Source: Octopus sinensis (taxonomy: Eukaryota). Taken from it: a stretch of DNA of 64,000 bases. Numbering within the stretch: position 1 is the stretch's first letter; every line of letters begins with the position of its first letter. A program made the translations under genes and the position numbers. This document shows positions 12,281-25,177 of this stretch, piece after piece. The DNA lies in NCBI RefSeq assembly GCF_006345805.1, contig NC_042999.1, positions 2,728,001-2,792,000 on the forward strand, in the 5' to 3' direction. The notes beneath the pieces were generated by a model, which saw nothing but the letters and a program-made list of their open reading frames with translations, did no database searches and was not told where the DNA came from.

Positions 12281-12566
12281 GGTGGTGGTGACAAGGTTTT
12301 GCGGTTATGTGGTTTGTCTCTCTCTCTCTTTCTCTCTCAGTTTTCCTTCAAGGGAATGGTTTTATTTATTTATCATCACATTAAAATTAAGAACTTAAAT
12401 TTTTACAAATTTACAAATAAAAAAATTTACATGAACTATCAAAACAAAACTTGTTTCGAGGTAAAAATAATACAATCTTGCAGAGGGAAATAAATATTAT
12501 TTCAACAACAACAACAACAATAATAATAGCAATGATAATAATAATAATAATGATAATAATAATAAT

Positions 12567-12885
12567 ACAACTGCGATAAAGAAAAAAGAAAAGTCGATAG
12601 ATCTAACAGGTTAGCTTGGGAGGTTAAGCAGTTGTGGTCGATGAAAAAGATGGTAGTAGTACCAGTAATTGTCAGAACCCTGGGAACAGTGAGTAAAAAT
12701 CTTGAGAAGTACATGGAACAAATAGGGGCTGCAATAAGTGTGGAGCACTTTCAGAAAACAGCACTGCTTGGAACCGTTTGAATACTCTGGAAGGTGCTCA
12801 AAAAATAAAAGGTATTACCTTAGTTCACTGGCAGTGAACAGCTGACACTGTGTTACATCTCTAGCGTTAGAAACTGTGCAAAGGC
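12567..12885 (+). mobile_element. R4/Dong LINE 3' end in (TAA)n
   Basis: LAWEVKQLWSMKKMVVVPVIVRTLGTVSKNLEKY...QKTALLGT (RLE C-terminus); TAA repeats on both sides. Confidence 0.8.
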
Positions 12886-12900
12886 AATAATAATGATAAT

Positions 12901-13570
12901 AAGTATCTGCAGAATATGTGGAGATGAACCAGAAACAATAAACCATGTCTCTGGCTGCCCAGTCCTGGCTAAGAAAGAATATTTTCACAGACATGACAGA
13001 GTTGGGACCTACATACACTGGAAGCTATGCCAACGCTATGTAATAATAACAGAAAAAATATGGTATAGGCACATGCAAGAAAAGGTCACAGAAGATGAGA
13101 AAGCAACCATACTATGGGATATGCCAATACACAAAGATAGAGGAATTAAGGCCAATAGGCCAGATATAGTTGTCAGAGATCATCAAGGAAAAAATGCTTT
13201 CTAATTGATGTATCAATACCAGCAGATGACGTCTCTCTAAAAGAAATGGAGAAACTTTCAAAATACAAAGACCTGGAAATAGAGGTAACTCAAATGTGGA
13301 GTCTAAAAACAGAAACATTTCCTATCATAGTAGGTGCATTAGGTATGATAAAAAAATATTCAGACAAATACATAACAAAAACACCAGGACTTACAAATAT
13401 ATATAACATACAGAAAATTGCACCACTGGGCACTGCCCACATCCTACGCAAAACACTTTCAATACAGTGAAAATAAGAGCATCACCACAAACCACAACAC
13501 ATACCCAAGGCACACGCAGAGCTGTGCTTGGTAGTGCACTGAAAGCATGTTATAAAAATAAGAATATTGA
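12901..13570 (+). mobile_element. R4/Dong LINE 3' end (CCHC knuckle + restriction-like endonuclease)
   Basis: CRICGDEPETINHVSGC knuckle; RPDIVV..LIDVSIP..EKLSKYKDL..PIIVGALG; one -1 frameshift at the A-run 13189-13194; TAA-flanked. Confidence 0.9.
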
Positions 13571-13582
13571 ATAATAATAATA

Positions 13583-14070
13583 AAACTGGGATCTAAGTAA
13601 AAGGAAAAATTAGACAGAAAAACCAGGAAATTACTAACAGCATACCAAAGCCACCAACCAAAAGCAGATATAGACAGAATTTAGCTACCCTGCATAGAAG
13701 GAGATCATGGCATGACACAAATAGAAAACTTCTGCAAAATAACAACTGTTGGACTAGATACATGCTTAGAAACAAATAAGGAAGACTCATAAATGTAATA
13801 GAGAAGCAAAAAGAACAAAATCTCTTCGTAAAATATTCAAAAACAAAAACATGAAAATAAAACTACAAAACATACTCAAGATGAAATGGAGAAAAAAAAA
13901 CTACTCCATGGCCAATGCCCAGCAAAGCTTCTAAGAGATGAAGTGAGCCAAAGTGTAAGTCAACAATGACTCAAAAGTCACCAATGATTCAAAAGTCAAC
14001 AATGGCTCAAAAGCTCTGGATTAAAAGCAGAAATGGTGGGACTAATCCTAACTGCACAAGACCAACGTCT
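13583..14070 (+). mobile_element. Decayed R4/Dong internal fragment (post-RT region)
   Basis: RKTRKLLTAYQSHQPKADIDRI and LHGQCP motifs, as found just upstream of the R4 CCHC knuckle. Confidence 0.6.
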
Positions 14071-14075
14071 GGCTA

Positions 14076-14440
14076 CATCATCATCATCATAGTTCGACCG
14101 TGGTCGAGACAATTGAATTTACTATGCTACGCCAGACCTCACAGTCCATCATAGCATTACGGAGGTCCTGTTGCTGGATGCCTGTATCCCTGGAGATTAC
14201 ATCAGGGTAGGAGAGTGTGTGTCCTCTAGTATCGCGAGCAGATGGCTTCCAGAGGAGAAGAGTAGAAATTACCTCGTTTTCAGCTCTACAACAATATCCA
14301 GAAAACTGGACTCTTCTACCTTTCACAAGAGATGATACAGGTGGTAATTTCCCATATATTTGTACTTTGGTTGGATGACGCTTCCACGAGAGATTTTGAG
14401 CTCTCACAAGGAGGCGAGTGTAAGTTCCATCCAACCACCT
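14076..14440 (-). mobile_element. RTE/RTEX-type LINE 3' end with (GAT)n tail
   Basis: DGTYTRLLVRAQNLSWKRHPTK...RRVQFSGYC..LLLWKP; ORF runs into TGATGATGATG. Confidence 0.8.
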
Positions 14441-14914
14441 CTCAAGCTTCTATAGATATACAATCACAGCACTACACATTACTCCAAAGAATAGTGTTGT
14501 TAGGAGAACAGCCTTCATATTGCACAAGACACTATCAATTCAATGCAATTGCTGATGGTTTAAGAGTATGGCTCCAACAGATCAATTTTCACACAGAATT
14601 ACCCCCTAGACAACAAGCATGTAATAATCTAAAACAGTCAACTCGGGTAACATATCTGATACAAAATTGTAACCCAATAAATGAATGCAACTCAAATTGC
14701 ACACACCACACACAACAGAACATAATATAACAAGAAACAAGGGACTAAACCTCATAACAAAATACAATGATCTAGTATGCCAATATGAGTAGTCTATAGT
14801 ATCCCAAGCCTCAAAATATCCCAATGCCACACACACCTCAAGAACATAAAGGTCCACCAGGTGGTGCAGTAGAGATTCTTGTGAAACTATCAAAGATAAA
14901 TTATAATGGTAGTA

Positions 14915-15140
14915 ATAGTTTCAAATTTTTGGTACAAGACTAGCAATTTTGAGTGGGGTGGGGGTGGGGTCAAGTTAATTACACTAAACCCAGTGTTCAG
15001 GTAGGACTCATTTTATTGACCCCAAAGGGATGAAAGGTAAAGTTGTCCTTGGGAGGATTTGAGCACAGTATTTAAAGAGCTGGAAAGAATGCTGCTAAGC
15101 ATTTTGTCCAATGTAGTTATCATTCTGCCAGCTTGCTGCT
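14915..15140 (-). mobile_element. SINE family C
   Basis: Homologous to the other family C copies. Confidence 0.7.
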
Positions 15141-15211
15141 TTTTACAAGAAGAAGAAGAAGAAAGTGCTACCATGTATCATTGTTCAAGGCAGTTCACTG
15201 CCTTGGCAACA

Positions 15212-15545
15212 AGAAGAAGAAGAATATGAGAAAAAAATTAAGAAATACAATCCCTTAAAATTTGAAATTGCAAGGATTTGGAATATGAAAGGTGTAAGGG
15301 TTGTGCCTATAATAGTTGGTGCATTGGGAACTGTAAGTAAAGGTACAGGCAAATGGTTGAAGGAGATTGGAATGGAATGTCCTGTAGAGCTTCTACAGAA
15401 AGTTTATCCCTTAAAGACAAGAAAGGTTAAAAGAATGGTTTTATGCACTTGAAAGATTATTGGAAGCTTATGGATACCTACAGGTTGCAGGTGGGAACCA
15501 GATAAATTTTACCTGGGACATGACCAAATCAGAGTCAAATCATAT
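15212..15545 (+). mobile_element. R4/Dong 3' end, distinct subfamily
   Basis: EKKIKKYNPLKFEIARIWNMKGVRVVPIIVGALGTVSK. Confidence 0.8.
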
Positions 15546-15554
15546 AATAATGGT

Positions 15555-15782
15555 TTGAAGTTTTGACCATTGGTCAGCAATTTTAAGGAGGGGGTTAAGT
15601 CAATTTCACAATTTCATCGATCCCCCACCCCCAGTATTTAACTGGTACTTATTTTATTAAACACAAAATACTGAAAAGCTAAGTCAACCTTGGTGGAATT
15701 TGAACTCAAAATATAAAAAGCTATAAGGAATGCCATTAAATGTTTTGTCCAATGCAGTAAAGATTCTGCCAGCTTGCTGCTT
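15555..15782 (-). mobile_element. SINE family C
   Basis: Homologous to the other family C copies. Confidence 0.7.
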
Positions 15783-15899
15783 TTACAATGATGATGATGA
15801 TGATGATAGACGAACAACAACAATAACAGCAACAACAACAACAACAACAGCAGCAGCAATATTATTATCTTCATCACCATCATTGAAGTGCTTTGGCAA

Positions 15900-16260
15900 T
15901 TTTGTAGGCACAGAAATGAAAGTCCTTAAAACAATAAAGTGAGGTGATTATGAGACTTTCTTGTGCAAAGGAAAAGAAAAAATAATGGACAGCAAGGCAG
16001 ATACTTTAGTCGTTGATAAGAAGAACAAAGTGTGTTCTTGTAAACGATATGGTATGTCCATTTGGTGCGAGAATTAAGAACAAGAAAAAAATGCAAGGAA
16101 GGAAAAATGCTGAATGTTATACAGATTTGAAGTACAAAATTCTTATCTGCTGGGATAAAAGTTCACGAGGTGATGATTTGGTTAATTATCAGAAAGACTT
16201 TTGGAACTATGACAAAGGATTTGAGAGAGAATCAGGGAAAGCTACATCTTAATCTGGAAC
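15900..16260 (+). mobile_element. Highly decayed R4/Dong endonuclease fragment
   Basis: ADTLVVDKKNKVC..DMVCPFGARI..YTDLKY..W aligns by eye to the PD-(D/E)xK region. Confidence 0.5.
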
Positions 16261-16484
16261 TGGCTGCAAAGCAGAAAAACCTGTTTTAAGTGGTTGAGTA
16301 AGAATCATTTGGGAAGTTCTTGATAAAAAGTATGAACAGATATGAAGAACAACATAAAAGTTCTTTTGTAGCAGAACAAAAATGCTTTTCATCCAAACCC
16401 GAGGATTGTGGTTCTATATGATGCATAATTAAACTAATTACAGCATCGGTACCGTGTAAGGCCAAATAAGAATAACTGCTTCGA

Positions 16485-16885
16485 AATTTTGGCACGAGGG
16501 GAACAATCTTTTAGAGGGGGAGGAAAGTCGATTACATCAATCCCAGAATTCAACTGATGCTTATTTTATTGATTCTGAAAGGACGAAAGGTAAATTTGCT
16601 CTCAGCAGGATTTAAGCTCAAAATGCAATAAGTCAAAGAAATACCATCAGGAATTTGGTGTGATGCTCTAATGATTCTGCGATGATGATGATGATAATAA
16701 TAATGGTTTCAAATTTTGCCACAAGGGGCTGTGTCGATTTCATCAGCCCCCAGTGTTCAACTGGTACTTAATTTATCGACCCCAAAAGGATGAAAGGCAA
16801 AGTCGGCCTAGGCGGAATTTGAACTCAGAATGTAGCGACTAAGCATTTCGTCCAGCGTGCTAACTATTCTGCTGGGCTCACCATC
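16485..16885 (-). mobile_element. Two adjacent SINE family C copies
   Basis: Two GAATTTGAACTCAG (reverse-complement B-box) units with AAGTACCAG bodies. Confidence 0.75.
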
Positions 16886-16924
16886 TTAATAATCATGATG
16901 ATGATGATAATAATAATAATAATA

Positions 16925-17430
16925 AAAGACATATGCCAGAAAAAGTCACAGAAAATGAGAAAGCAACCATACTCTGAGATATGCCAATACACACAGATAG
17001 AGAAATTAAGGCCAACAAATCAGATATAGTTGTCAGAGATAATGAAGGAAAAAAATGCTTTCTAATTGATGTATCAACAGATGTACCAACAGATGACAAC
17101 GTTTCTCTAAAAGAAATGGAGAAACTTTCAAAATACAAAGACCTGGAAATAGAGGTAACCAGAATGTGGAATCTAAAAACAGAAACTATTCCTCTCATAG
17201 TAGGTGCATTAGGTATGATAAAAAATATTCAGACAAATACAAAACAAAAACACCAGGACTTGCAAATATATATAACATACAGAAAATTGCACTACTAGGC
17301 ACTGCACACATCCTATGCAAAACACTTTCAATACAGTTAAAATAAGATCACCACAGCACATACGCAAGGCACACAGAGCTGTGCTCAGTAGCGCAGTGAA
17401 AGCACCTGATAAAAATAAGACTACTGAAGA
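16925..17430 (+). mobile_element. R4/Dong 3' end, same subfamily as 12901-13570
   Basis: MPIHTDREIKANKSDIVVRD..CFLIDVS..EKLSKYKDLEIEV; (TAA)n on both sides. Confidence 0.9.
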
Positions 17431-17929
17431 ATAATGATAATAATAATAATATTTCCTCAACACACAATACAAACAGTAATACAATAAAAGACTGCACTAA
17501 ACCCGAAGAAAATAAAACTAACAAAATACAATACTGGAAAGAGTTTTTGTACTCCCAACAACAGAAAAGAGCACACTATACTGCACACACCCCAACAACA
17601 TGGAGGTGTAGCAGGTGAGGCAGTGAGAAATTTGCCTCAAACTGCCAAATGTTGAACAATTATATAATAATCACAATAATGGCCACACGGACCCTAAAAC
17701 ACACAGAAAATGTGAAACTTTCAACAAACCTTACAAAGGAATAGTGAGGGCGAAGAAAATATTTACTAAGTTTACAAATAAAAAAATATGGAGGTGAGAG
17801 AGTTTACATAATATACAAATGGACTTATAAAAATTTTAAAAGTATCATTTTGCACCGAGATAAATAACGACAGTACAATACAGCACAAAAGAAGATACAA
17901 TTTTAATAAATAAAGCGTGAAAAGTTAAT

Positions 17930-18400
17930 GGTTATGTTGAAATCAAGCACTTCACGACCCTACCAATAAACCAATTCGCAAATTGTATACGAGTGCAACC
18001 AAATACACTAGTGAGCATTTTTGGAAACAATTGATGTTGAAATACTCTCGTATATTTGGAATATGTTCTTGTAAGTTCGTTGTAACATCTCAGTTTTATT
18101 TTTATTATTAACCAATCTCTTGATTGCTGCTTGTGCACTGAACTATTTTGTGTCATTTTAGCTTCCGTGGCATCCTCAATGAATAAGTTTGACTAATTTT
18201 TGTTTTATTTTTGAAGGACGGTCAATCTTTGTCATGTTTTTATTATGTTCCTGATGATGGAGCATTGTTGTTGTTTCGAGACAATTACTGAACGTAAAGG
18301 AACTAAACCAGAAAGTATTTGGTTTGCAATGCCATGCCTGTGTCACACATAACTCATCTATGTCTGTCTGTTCACACACATATTGATATGCTGTGAGCAA
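17930..18400 (-). mobile_element. Possible MULE-like transposase C-terminal relic
   Basis: Weak RNNNNA-like motif (compare RTNNxxE); adjacent 15-bp subterminal-type repeats; heavily decayed. Confidence 0.3.
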
Positions 18401-18475
18401 ATCTGGTCACCTGAAAGGGCACAGACTCCATCTTAGTATGTGTGTGTATATGTGCATACACACACATGGGGACCA

Positions 18476-18565
18476 GAAAATTCCACCACAGTAAATTCTG
18501 TCACAGAAAATTACACCAGGTAAATTTCACCATGGGTAAATTCCACCATGGTAAATTTCACCATA
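18476..18565. repeat. Six ~15-bp tandem units, consensus GG(T/A)AAATT(C/T)CACCA
   Basis: Seen directly. Confidence 0.8.
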
Positions 18566-19409
18566 GATGAGATTATTATTATTAACCTGATGATATTTAC
18601 TGGCATCGTGTCTATGTTGGTGTCTAAGATAAAATCCACCTCAGCAAGATTTGAAGTTTTTATTTTGCTTTCATTTTCGTTTTGTAGCATTGTGGCAAAT
18701 CTGAATGCTGTAAAACATTCAGTTCGACATTCCATTGTTTCTGCCAACTTATTGCTTTAACTGATCTTTAAAATACGATTTACAAATAACAAATATGGTT
18801 ACAAGATATCTTTCTGCGTTTATTACACCCCCAAGACAGTGGATGGTTTGTACATTCGATATCTCATTGTCTAGTTTGATTGATGTGTTCACAAACCTTG
18901 CCAAACACTTGTTTTTCACTAACTTTTACCCGTAGCCAGCTTCAAGAATCAATCACTGTTCTTTGATATATGAATTGAAATTTTGATTTCTTGCTTTCAT
19001 TCATTCATTCTTTCTTTCCTTTTCCCAATTCTACTACCACTACTATTACCTGTTTTTGCTGATTCTCACTAAACAATTGCAACTTTATATTGATTTTTGA
19101 TGTCAGTTCTATAGAATGGTACCATGCATAAAATGTAAAGTGCTGGAATGTCATGGTTTCTATGCAGTTTTGATCCTTGCTTTAACTATTTTACACAACT
19201 GCATTCTCTCTTCATACATACTTTCTATCCAAGCTTAAAACAATTGACACCGATCACTTGCCATGTCATCTTCATATTTTTTGCAATATGGCAGAGAATG
19301 ATTGTCAAGTAAACTCAAACTAGCACATACTTTTAAAATATTTTATTATTTTCTTCATTAATTTCTTGCACAAATACATAGTAGTGTACAAGGAAGGAAT
19401 TTTAGCACT

Positions 19410-19645
19410 TACTGCATGTAAAAAACACCATTTGAGCATGGCCGTTGCCAGTACCACCTGACTGGTGGCACATAAAAGCACCCATTACATTCTTGGAGTG
19501 GTTGGCATCAGGAAGGGCATCCAGCTGTAGAAACTCTGCCAGATCAAGATTGGAGTCTGGTGTAGCCATCTGGTTCGCCAATCCTCAATCAAATTGTCCA
19601 ACCCATGCTAGCATAGAAAACAGACGTTAAACAATGAGGATGATA
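19410..19645 (+). mobile_element. RTE 3' UTR copy
   Basis: GGAAGGGCATCCAGCTGTAG...CCATGCTAGCATAGAAAACAGACGTTAAACAATGAGGATGAT. Confidence 0.8.
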
Positions 19646-20342
19646 TAGATTTAAATAGATAGATAGATAGATTGATAGATAGGTAGCTAGATAGCTAGGT
19701 AGATAGATATGTTGGTGAGGGTGAGTTACGTTTCAGTCTTCCTGTCTTGATATACTATATGAATTGTAAATGAGTGTCACCATCATATAAGCAGAGTTGT
19801 TCATTTCCATTATTCTGCAAACTGTATCTGTCCAAATGTTACCTTACTTGAAGACTGACGAGGATTGATGACAGGAAGAATATGCAACCATAAAGAATTT
19901 GCCTCAGTGGACTCAGTCCAATCCATGCTAGCATGGAAAAGTGGATGATGATAATGATGATGATGACGATGTTGATGTATGAGGGGGGAGAAATGAGACT
20001 GTAAGAAACTGAGGCTTTCCTCTTAAAATATTATCGAAACATGTGAGAACCAAATTTGTTGGATTGATAATTTAATATTTCATTTTCTACGAGCTTAATA
20101 TCTTGTGCGACTTCTGCTCTTTGGATGTTATTTATGAAAACATTATTTTTCTAAATTTCTCTCCTACGAGAGAAAATAAAATGATTCAGCAATACAATAT
20201 TGAAATGGGAAAACTGCAAAGCGAAAGGTCAGCTTCAGCCCTCTGAATAATCAGCGTTTGTGTTTCTTGATTACTGCAGTTCTTTTCATTTTCCTTAGAA
20301 ATCCTTCTTGTACCATTTTCAGCATCCCTTTTGGTTAATAAT

Positions 20343-20760
20343 ACTCTTTTACTCTTTTACTCTTTTACTTGTTTCAGGCATTTGACTGCAGCCATGCTGG
20401 AGCACCGCCTTTAGTCGAGCAAATCGACCCCGGGACTTATTCTTTGTAAGCCCAGTACTTATTCTATCGGTCTCTTTTGCCGAACCGCTAAGTGACGGGG
20501 ACGTAAACACACCAGCATAGGTTGTCAAGTAATGCTAGGGGGACAAACACAGACACGCAAACATATACACACACATACACATATATATACATATATACGA
20601 CAGGCTTCTTTCAGTTTCCGTCTACCAAATCCACTCACAAGGCATTGGTTGGCTCGGGGCTATAGCAGAAGACACTTGCCCAAGATGCCACGCAGTGGGA
20701 CTGAACCCGGAACCATGTGGTTGGTTAGCAAGCTACTTACCACACAGCCACTCCTGCACC
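20343..20760 (-). mobile_element. Full-length SINE family B
   Basis: Complete head, microsatellite and (GTAAAAGA)n tail. Confidence 0.92.
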
Positions 20761-20854
20761 TCATTATGTTATGTATCATTTTCCTCTGCAGTTTTTCTAC
20801 AAATAATAGAAACAGGTGGTATGAGTTTCTATTGATGATATATATATATAAGCA

Positions 20855-21115
20855 TCAAGATTATATGTCTTATTGTTTGACATTGGTTTAAACAAGTGTC
20901 TTATCCACATACAATGATAAGACAACAAAAGACAACAAAAGAAAGACAGAGACCTCAATATTATGTAAATAGAGAAATTTATCTGTAAATGTAATATGTG
21001 ACAATTATTGGGTAGCCATGATAAAACTCCGAGTTTCGGATGCCGAGGTGGAAATCCATGCCGCCATCCCTTCAGTTATCCAGCCATCGGAAAAATGCTA
21101 TGAAAAATATGTAGA
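20855..21115 (-). mobile_element. Short Penelope-type terminal remnant with hammerhead motif
   Basis: Starts at (TA)n; contains 21020-21080. Confidence 0.6.
21020..21080 (-). ncRNA. Type I hammerhead-like motif lacking A9
   Basis: GAUAA-CUGAAG-GGAUG...CAUCC-GAAA-CUC G GAGU-U-UUAUC: 5-bp stem I, 5-bp stem II base, near-palindromic stem III, GUU triplet. Confidence 0.65.
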
Positions 21116-21121
21116 TTCAAC

Positions 21122-21361
21122 GGGACACAGAGTGTGACAAGGGTGGCCCTTGGAAATACAGGTACAACAGAAACAAGAAGAAAGAGTGAGAGAAAGCTAG
21201 GTGAAAGTGAACAGCAGGGTTTGCCACCACCCCACTGCTGGAGCCTCATGGAGATTTAGGTGTTTTCATTCAATAAGCACTCACAACACCCAGTCTGGGA
21301 ATCGAAACCATGATCCTATGACCACAAGTCCACTGCTCTAATCACTGTGCCATTGCGCCTC

Positions 21362-21362
<1 letters not shown>
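21122..21362 (-). mobile_element. SINE family D/E (composite, decayed)
   Basis: Reverse complement of GGCGCAATGGCACAGTGATTAGAGCAGTGG...GGTTTCGATTCCC. Confidence 0.7.
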
Positions 21363-21395
<33 letters not shown>

Positions 21396-21396
<1 letters not shown>

Positions 21397-21947
21397 CATC
21401 ATCATCATCATCATCATCATTTAGCGTCCGCTTTCCATGCTAGCATGGGTTGGACGGTTCAACTGGGGTCTGTGAAGCCAGAAGGCTGCATCAGGCCCAG
21501 TCTGATCTGGCAGTGTTTCTACGGCTGGATGCCCTTCCTAACGCCAACCACTCCGTGAGTGTAGTGGGTGCTTTTTACATGCCACCCGCACAGGTGCCAG
21601 GCGGAGCTGGAAAACGGCCACGATCGGATGGTGGTTTTTACGTGCCACCGGGACGGGGGCCAGGCGAGACTGGCAATGGTCACGAACGGATGGTGCTACG
21701 TGCCACCGGCACGGGGGCCAGGCGAGGCTGGCAACGGCCACGAATGGATGGTGCTTTTTACATGCTACCGGCACGGAGGCCAGTCGGGGCAGCGCTGGCA
21801 ACGGCCATGATCGGATGGTTCGCTTACTTGTCACCAACACTGGTATCACAGCTGCAACTTCCATTGATGTTGATCGACTACGATTTTGGTTCTGCTTTCT
21901 GATATCTGATTTGATTTGGTTTGATTTTGATTTTGATTTTGATTTTG

Positions 21948-21952
<5 letters not shown>
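21396..21952 (-). mobile_element. RTE 3' UTR copy with subrepeats and (GAT)n tail
   Basis: Repeated GTGCCACCGGCAC modules; (GATTTT)n block; tail abuts (TA)n. Confidence 0.85.
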
Positions 21953-21986
<34 letters not shown>

Positions 21987-22158
21987 TAGATAGCTCATAA
22001 TGTTGGTAGCACAATGTTTGTGCGTTTCCTTTCCTAGACTACTGACTCTAGAGTTGCCAATCCAGCCGTTGTACTCTGTGGGCGTAGTCAAAGATCAAAA
22101 CACGGTTTGCTTCAGTCTGCTTGTTTGATAGAAAACTATAATTTCACAGTTGAATGGT

Positions 22159-22194
<36 letters not shown>

Positions 22195-22331
22195 GACAGA
22201 CAGATAGACAGGCGGAGACAGTGAGAGAAAAGAGCATCGAACTGTAAAAGCAATTCCTTTAATTAAAAAAATTAACAATAATAATAATAATAACAATAAT
22301 AGTAATAGTAATAATAATAATAATAATAAAA

Positions 22332-22655
22332 AGATAGCAAAAGGGGCTGATTGCTACCTAACTCACATACCAGGAAACCCAAAAATGGCAGAAATTCAAA
22401 GATAGTGCTCATGGGAACTGCTCATATCCTACGCAAAATACTTTCTATGTAATCTCAAGTTTTAAAACAAACATAAATTTCGTATGGTTTTTTGGTTTTT
22501 TTTTAGACATTCACTAGCACAACACTAAAAAAAATCAAATATATGGCACACTAGGCATAACAACAACATGAACTTCCAACCCGTTGTCTCTTGAGGTCTC
22601 TGGGTGAGACTTGGAGCCAACTTGTACAAATATAAAGCAAAAGTCAAACATTGAA
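22332..22655 (+). mobile_element. R4/Dong extreme 3' end in (TAA)n
   Basis: LTHIPGNPKMAEIQ..VLMGTAHILRKILSM*, then 3' UTR, TAA-flanked. Confidence 0.8.
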
Positions 22656-22707
22656 TAATAATAATAATAATATTGATAATAATAACATCTTAACAACTAC
22701 AATAATA

Positions 22708-23150
22708 ATCATTTCTACTAAAGGCTCAAGGCCTGAAATTTTAGGGCAGGGGCTTAGTCGAGTATTTCGACCCCAGTGTTCCCCTGGTACTTAATTTATT
22801 GACCACAAAATTATGAAAGGCAAAGTCGACCTCAGTGAAATTTGAACTCAGAACATAGCGATGGACGATATACTGTTAAGTATATCGTTCAATGTGATAA
22901 CGATTCTGCTAGCTCACCGCCATACAACAACGACAATAACAATAATGATGATTTGAAATTTTGGCACAGGGCCAGCTATTTTTAGAAAGGAGCTAAGTCA
23001 ATTACATGGACCCTGATACTCGGCTGGTTTTATCAACCCCAAAGATGAAAGGCAAAGTCGACCTCAGCGGAATTTGAACTCAGAACGTGAAAAGAGAGAA
23101 AATGTTACAAAGCATTTTGCTCAGCATGCCAACGATTCTGCCAGCTTGAT
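22708..23150 (-). mobile_element. Two SINE family C copies
   Basis: AAAGGCAAAGTCGACCTC...ATTTGAACTCAGAAC units. Confidence 0.8.
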
Positions 23151-23175
23151 GTTTTAATTAATTGTTTATTAATAA

Positions 23176-23548
23176 CTAGCAGTATCGCCCGGCGTTGCTC
23201 GGGTTTGTAAGGGAAATAACTATATAAGCAGTTTTAGAGAGTTATAGCCAAAAAATAGCAAAAAAATGCATTAAAAATGGAAAAAAATGATGATAAATTT
23301 TTTTTTAAATCGTTGACTCATCGTAGACATTTTTAGAGAGTTACTTCCCTTTAAAAAAATATGCATTAAAATGGAAAAAAATGATGGTAAATTATTTTTA
23401 AAATCGTAGACTACCCAGAAAGGCTCGATATGAATCACGACTATAAGATACCCGGTTTTGGTTAAACTGCACTGCAAAATGTGGGAGTAGTTAGGAATCT
23501 AAATCGTAGGAGACAGACAGCACACAACCTTACTTTTATATATAAAGA
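23176..23548 (-). mobile_element. Complete non-autonomous Helitron
   Basis: Minus strand A|TC...CCCGAGCAACGCCGGG hairpin...CTAG|T: 5'-TC, 3'-CTAG, subterminal hairpin, inserted between A and T. Confidence 0.85.
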
Positions 23549-23884
23549 TAATGATAAAAACAACAACAATAATAATATAGAATAAACCTGACTCATTGAT
23601 GCAGAAATGGAAAATTGGATGCAATGCAATAAAAATGCGAAAAATAATGATTAGAGTATAAAAAATATATACCCAGAGTAAGATAAACATAAAAAGGCTG
23701 ACCATTCTCATCAAAATTGTAAGCATGGAACAATCTTACTGATCCTCCCTTTCTATGTAAAGACTCGAAAAGAAAAATGAAGGAAAAAATAAAACAAAAA
23801 AATTTAATATATATAAAAAAAAGAAATATGAAGAGAGATCCTGTGAGCTGTTTCAAGTAGTTCTGTAACATTGCTGTTATTATT

Positions 23885-24100
23885 TAGGGTGGTGAGTCGG
23901 GTGGATTGTTTGCATGCTGGGTAAAATGCTTACCAGTATTTCGTCTGTATTCACGTTCAGAGTTCAAATTCTGCTGCGGTTGAATTTGCCTTTCCACCTT
24001 TCGGGGTTGAATGAATAGGTGCCATTTGAGGCCTGGAGTCAATGTAATTGACTTACACCATCCCTTGAAATTCCTGGCCTTGCATCAAAATTTTGAAACC
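23885..24100 (+). mobile_element. SINE family C with long (ATT)n tail
   Basis: GAGTTCAAATTC B-box; ends AAAATTTTGAAACC-ATTATT. Confidence 0.7.
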
Positions 24101-24130
24101 ATTATTATCATTATTATCATCATCATTATA

Positions 24131-24170
<40 letters not shown>

Positions 24171-24309
24171 TACTTCTCAGAATGTTCTGTCTTGTTTGTT
24201 CTAGTAGATTCTGTGATAGCAGTCTGCTATCAGAGGTCTCACTATTATTATTATTATCATTATTATTATTACTATTATTATTATTATTATTGTTATTATT
24301 ATTATTATT

Positions 24310-24680
24310 GATATCATTATTTGCCTTTAATTTGCATGTTTGTTACACTCACTCGCTGAGACACGTCCAGCATCATAGGACAAGTGAAGGATAAGAGATG
24401 TTACAATAAGACTGAAAGCTTGGAGAGGGGAAGTGGCAGGGGCAGTAGTGAAATGTCTTCATGTAATACAACACAGACAATTAAATTGATAGGGTTTTTT
24501 CTAAGGATGTGGGCAGTACTTGACAGCACAACCTTTTGGATTTCTCTGAGACATGGTTCTCCTGGGATATTATCTAGATGTTGTTGACATCCTTTTCTTA
24601 TCATACCTAGGACACCCACAATATCAGGGACAGTTCTCATTTTAAGATGCCGTATCTTTTGTATTTTGATTTCCAGGTCC
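24310..24680 (-). mobile_element. R4/Dong 3' end
   Basis: TVPDIVGVLGMIRKGCQQHLDNIPGEPCLREIQKVVLSSTAHILRK; 3' end runs into (TAA)n on the minus strand. Confidence 0.8.
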
Positions 24681-24849
24681 TTATATTGCTACATTCTGAG
24701 TTCAACCTCTACCAAGGTTGACTTTTAGAGTCGATAAAATAAGTACCAGTTGAACACTGGGGTCAATTTAATCAACTCATTCCCTCCCATCACAAAATGG
24801 CTGCCAAAATTTGAAACCATTATTATTATTATTGTTGTTGTTGTTATTG

Positions 24850-25135
24850 TAGGCATGTGGCCTAGTGGTTTGCATGTTGTGCTCATGATCGCTAGACCAT
24901 GGTTTCGATTCTCAGACAAAGTGGTACCTTGTGTTCTTGAACAAAATACTCCATTGCATGTTGTGCTGCAACCATTTATACATTTGACACGTACTACACT
25001 CGTGCAGCTCTACAGGCAACATTGATTTGATGGAGGGCAAGAGCTAACATACAGCACATAACTTCGATCCCTATAAAAAGAAATCATTTGTGAAGGTCAC
25101 TCAGCAAAACTCTGAACACTTATATGTCATCTTCA
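24850..25135 (+). mobile_element. SINE family D/E (decayed)
   Basis: TGGCCTAGTGG A-box, GGTTTCGATTC B-box. Confidence 0.6.
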
Positions 25136-25177
25136 ACAGGAGACTATTATTATTAGTTGTTATTTATTATTGTTGTG

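Noticed and set aside
14480-14900. Possible LINE endonuclease relic (PGGAVEILVK)
   Set aside because: A single weak motif in a heavily stopped frame; cannot be assigned.
20000-20055. CGAAACATGTG with palindromic ACATGT
   Set aside because: No stem II, no core, and G at position 17.
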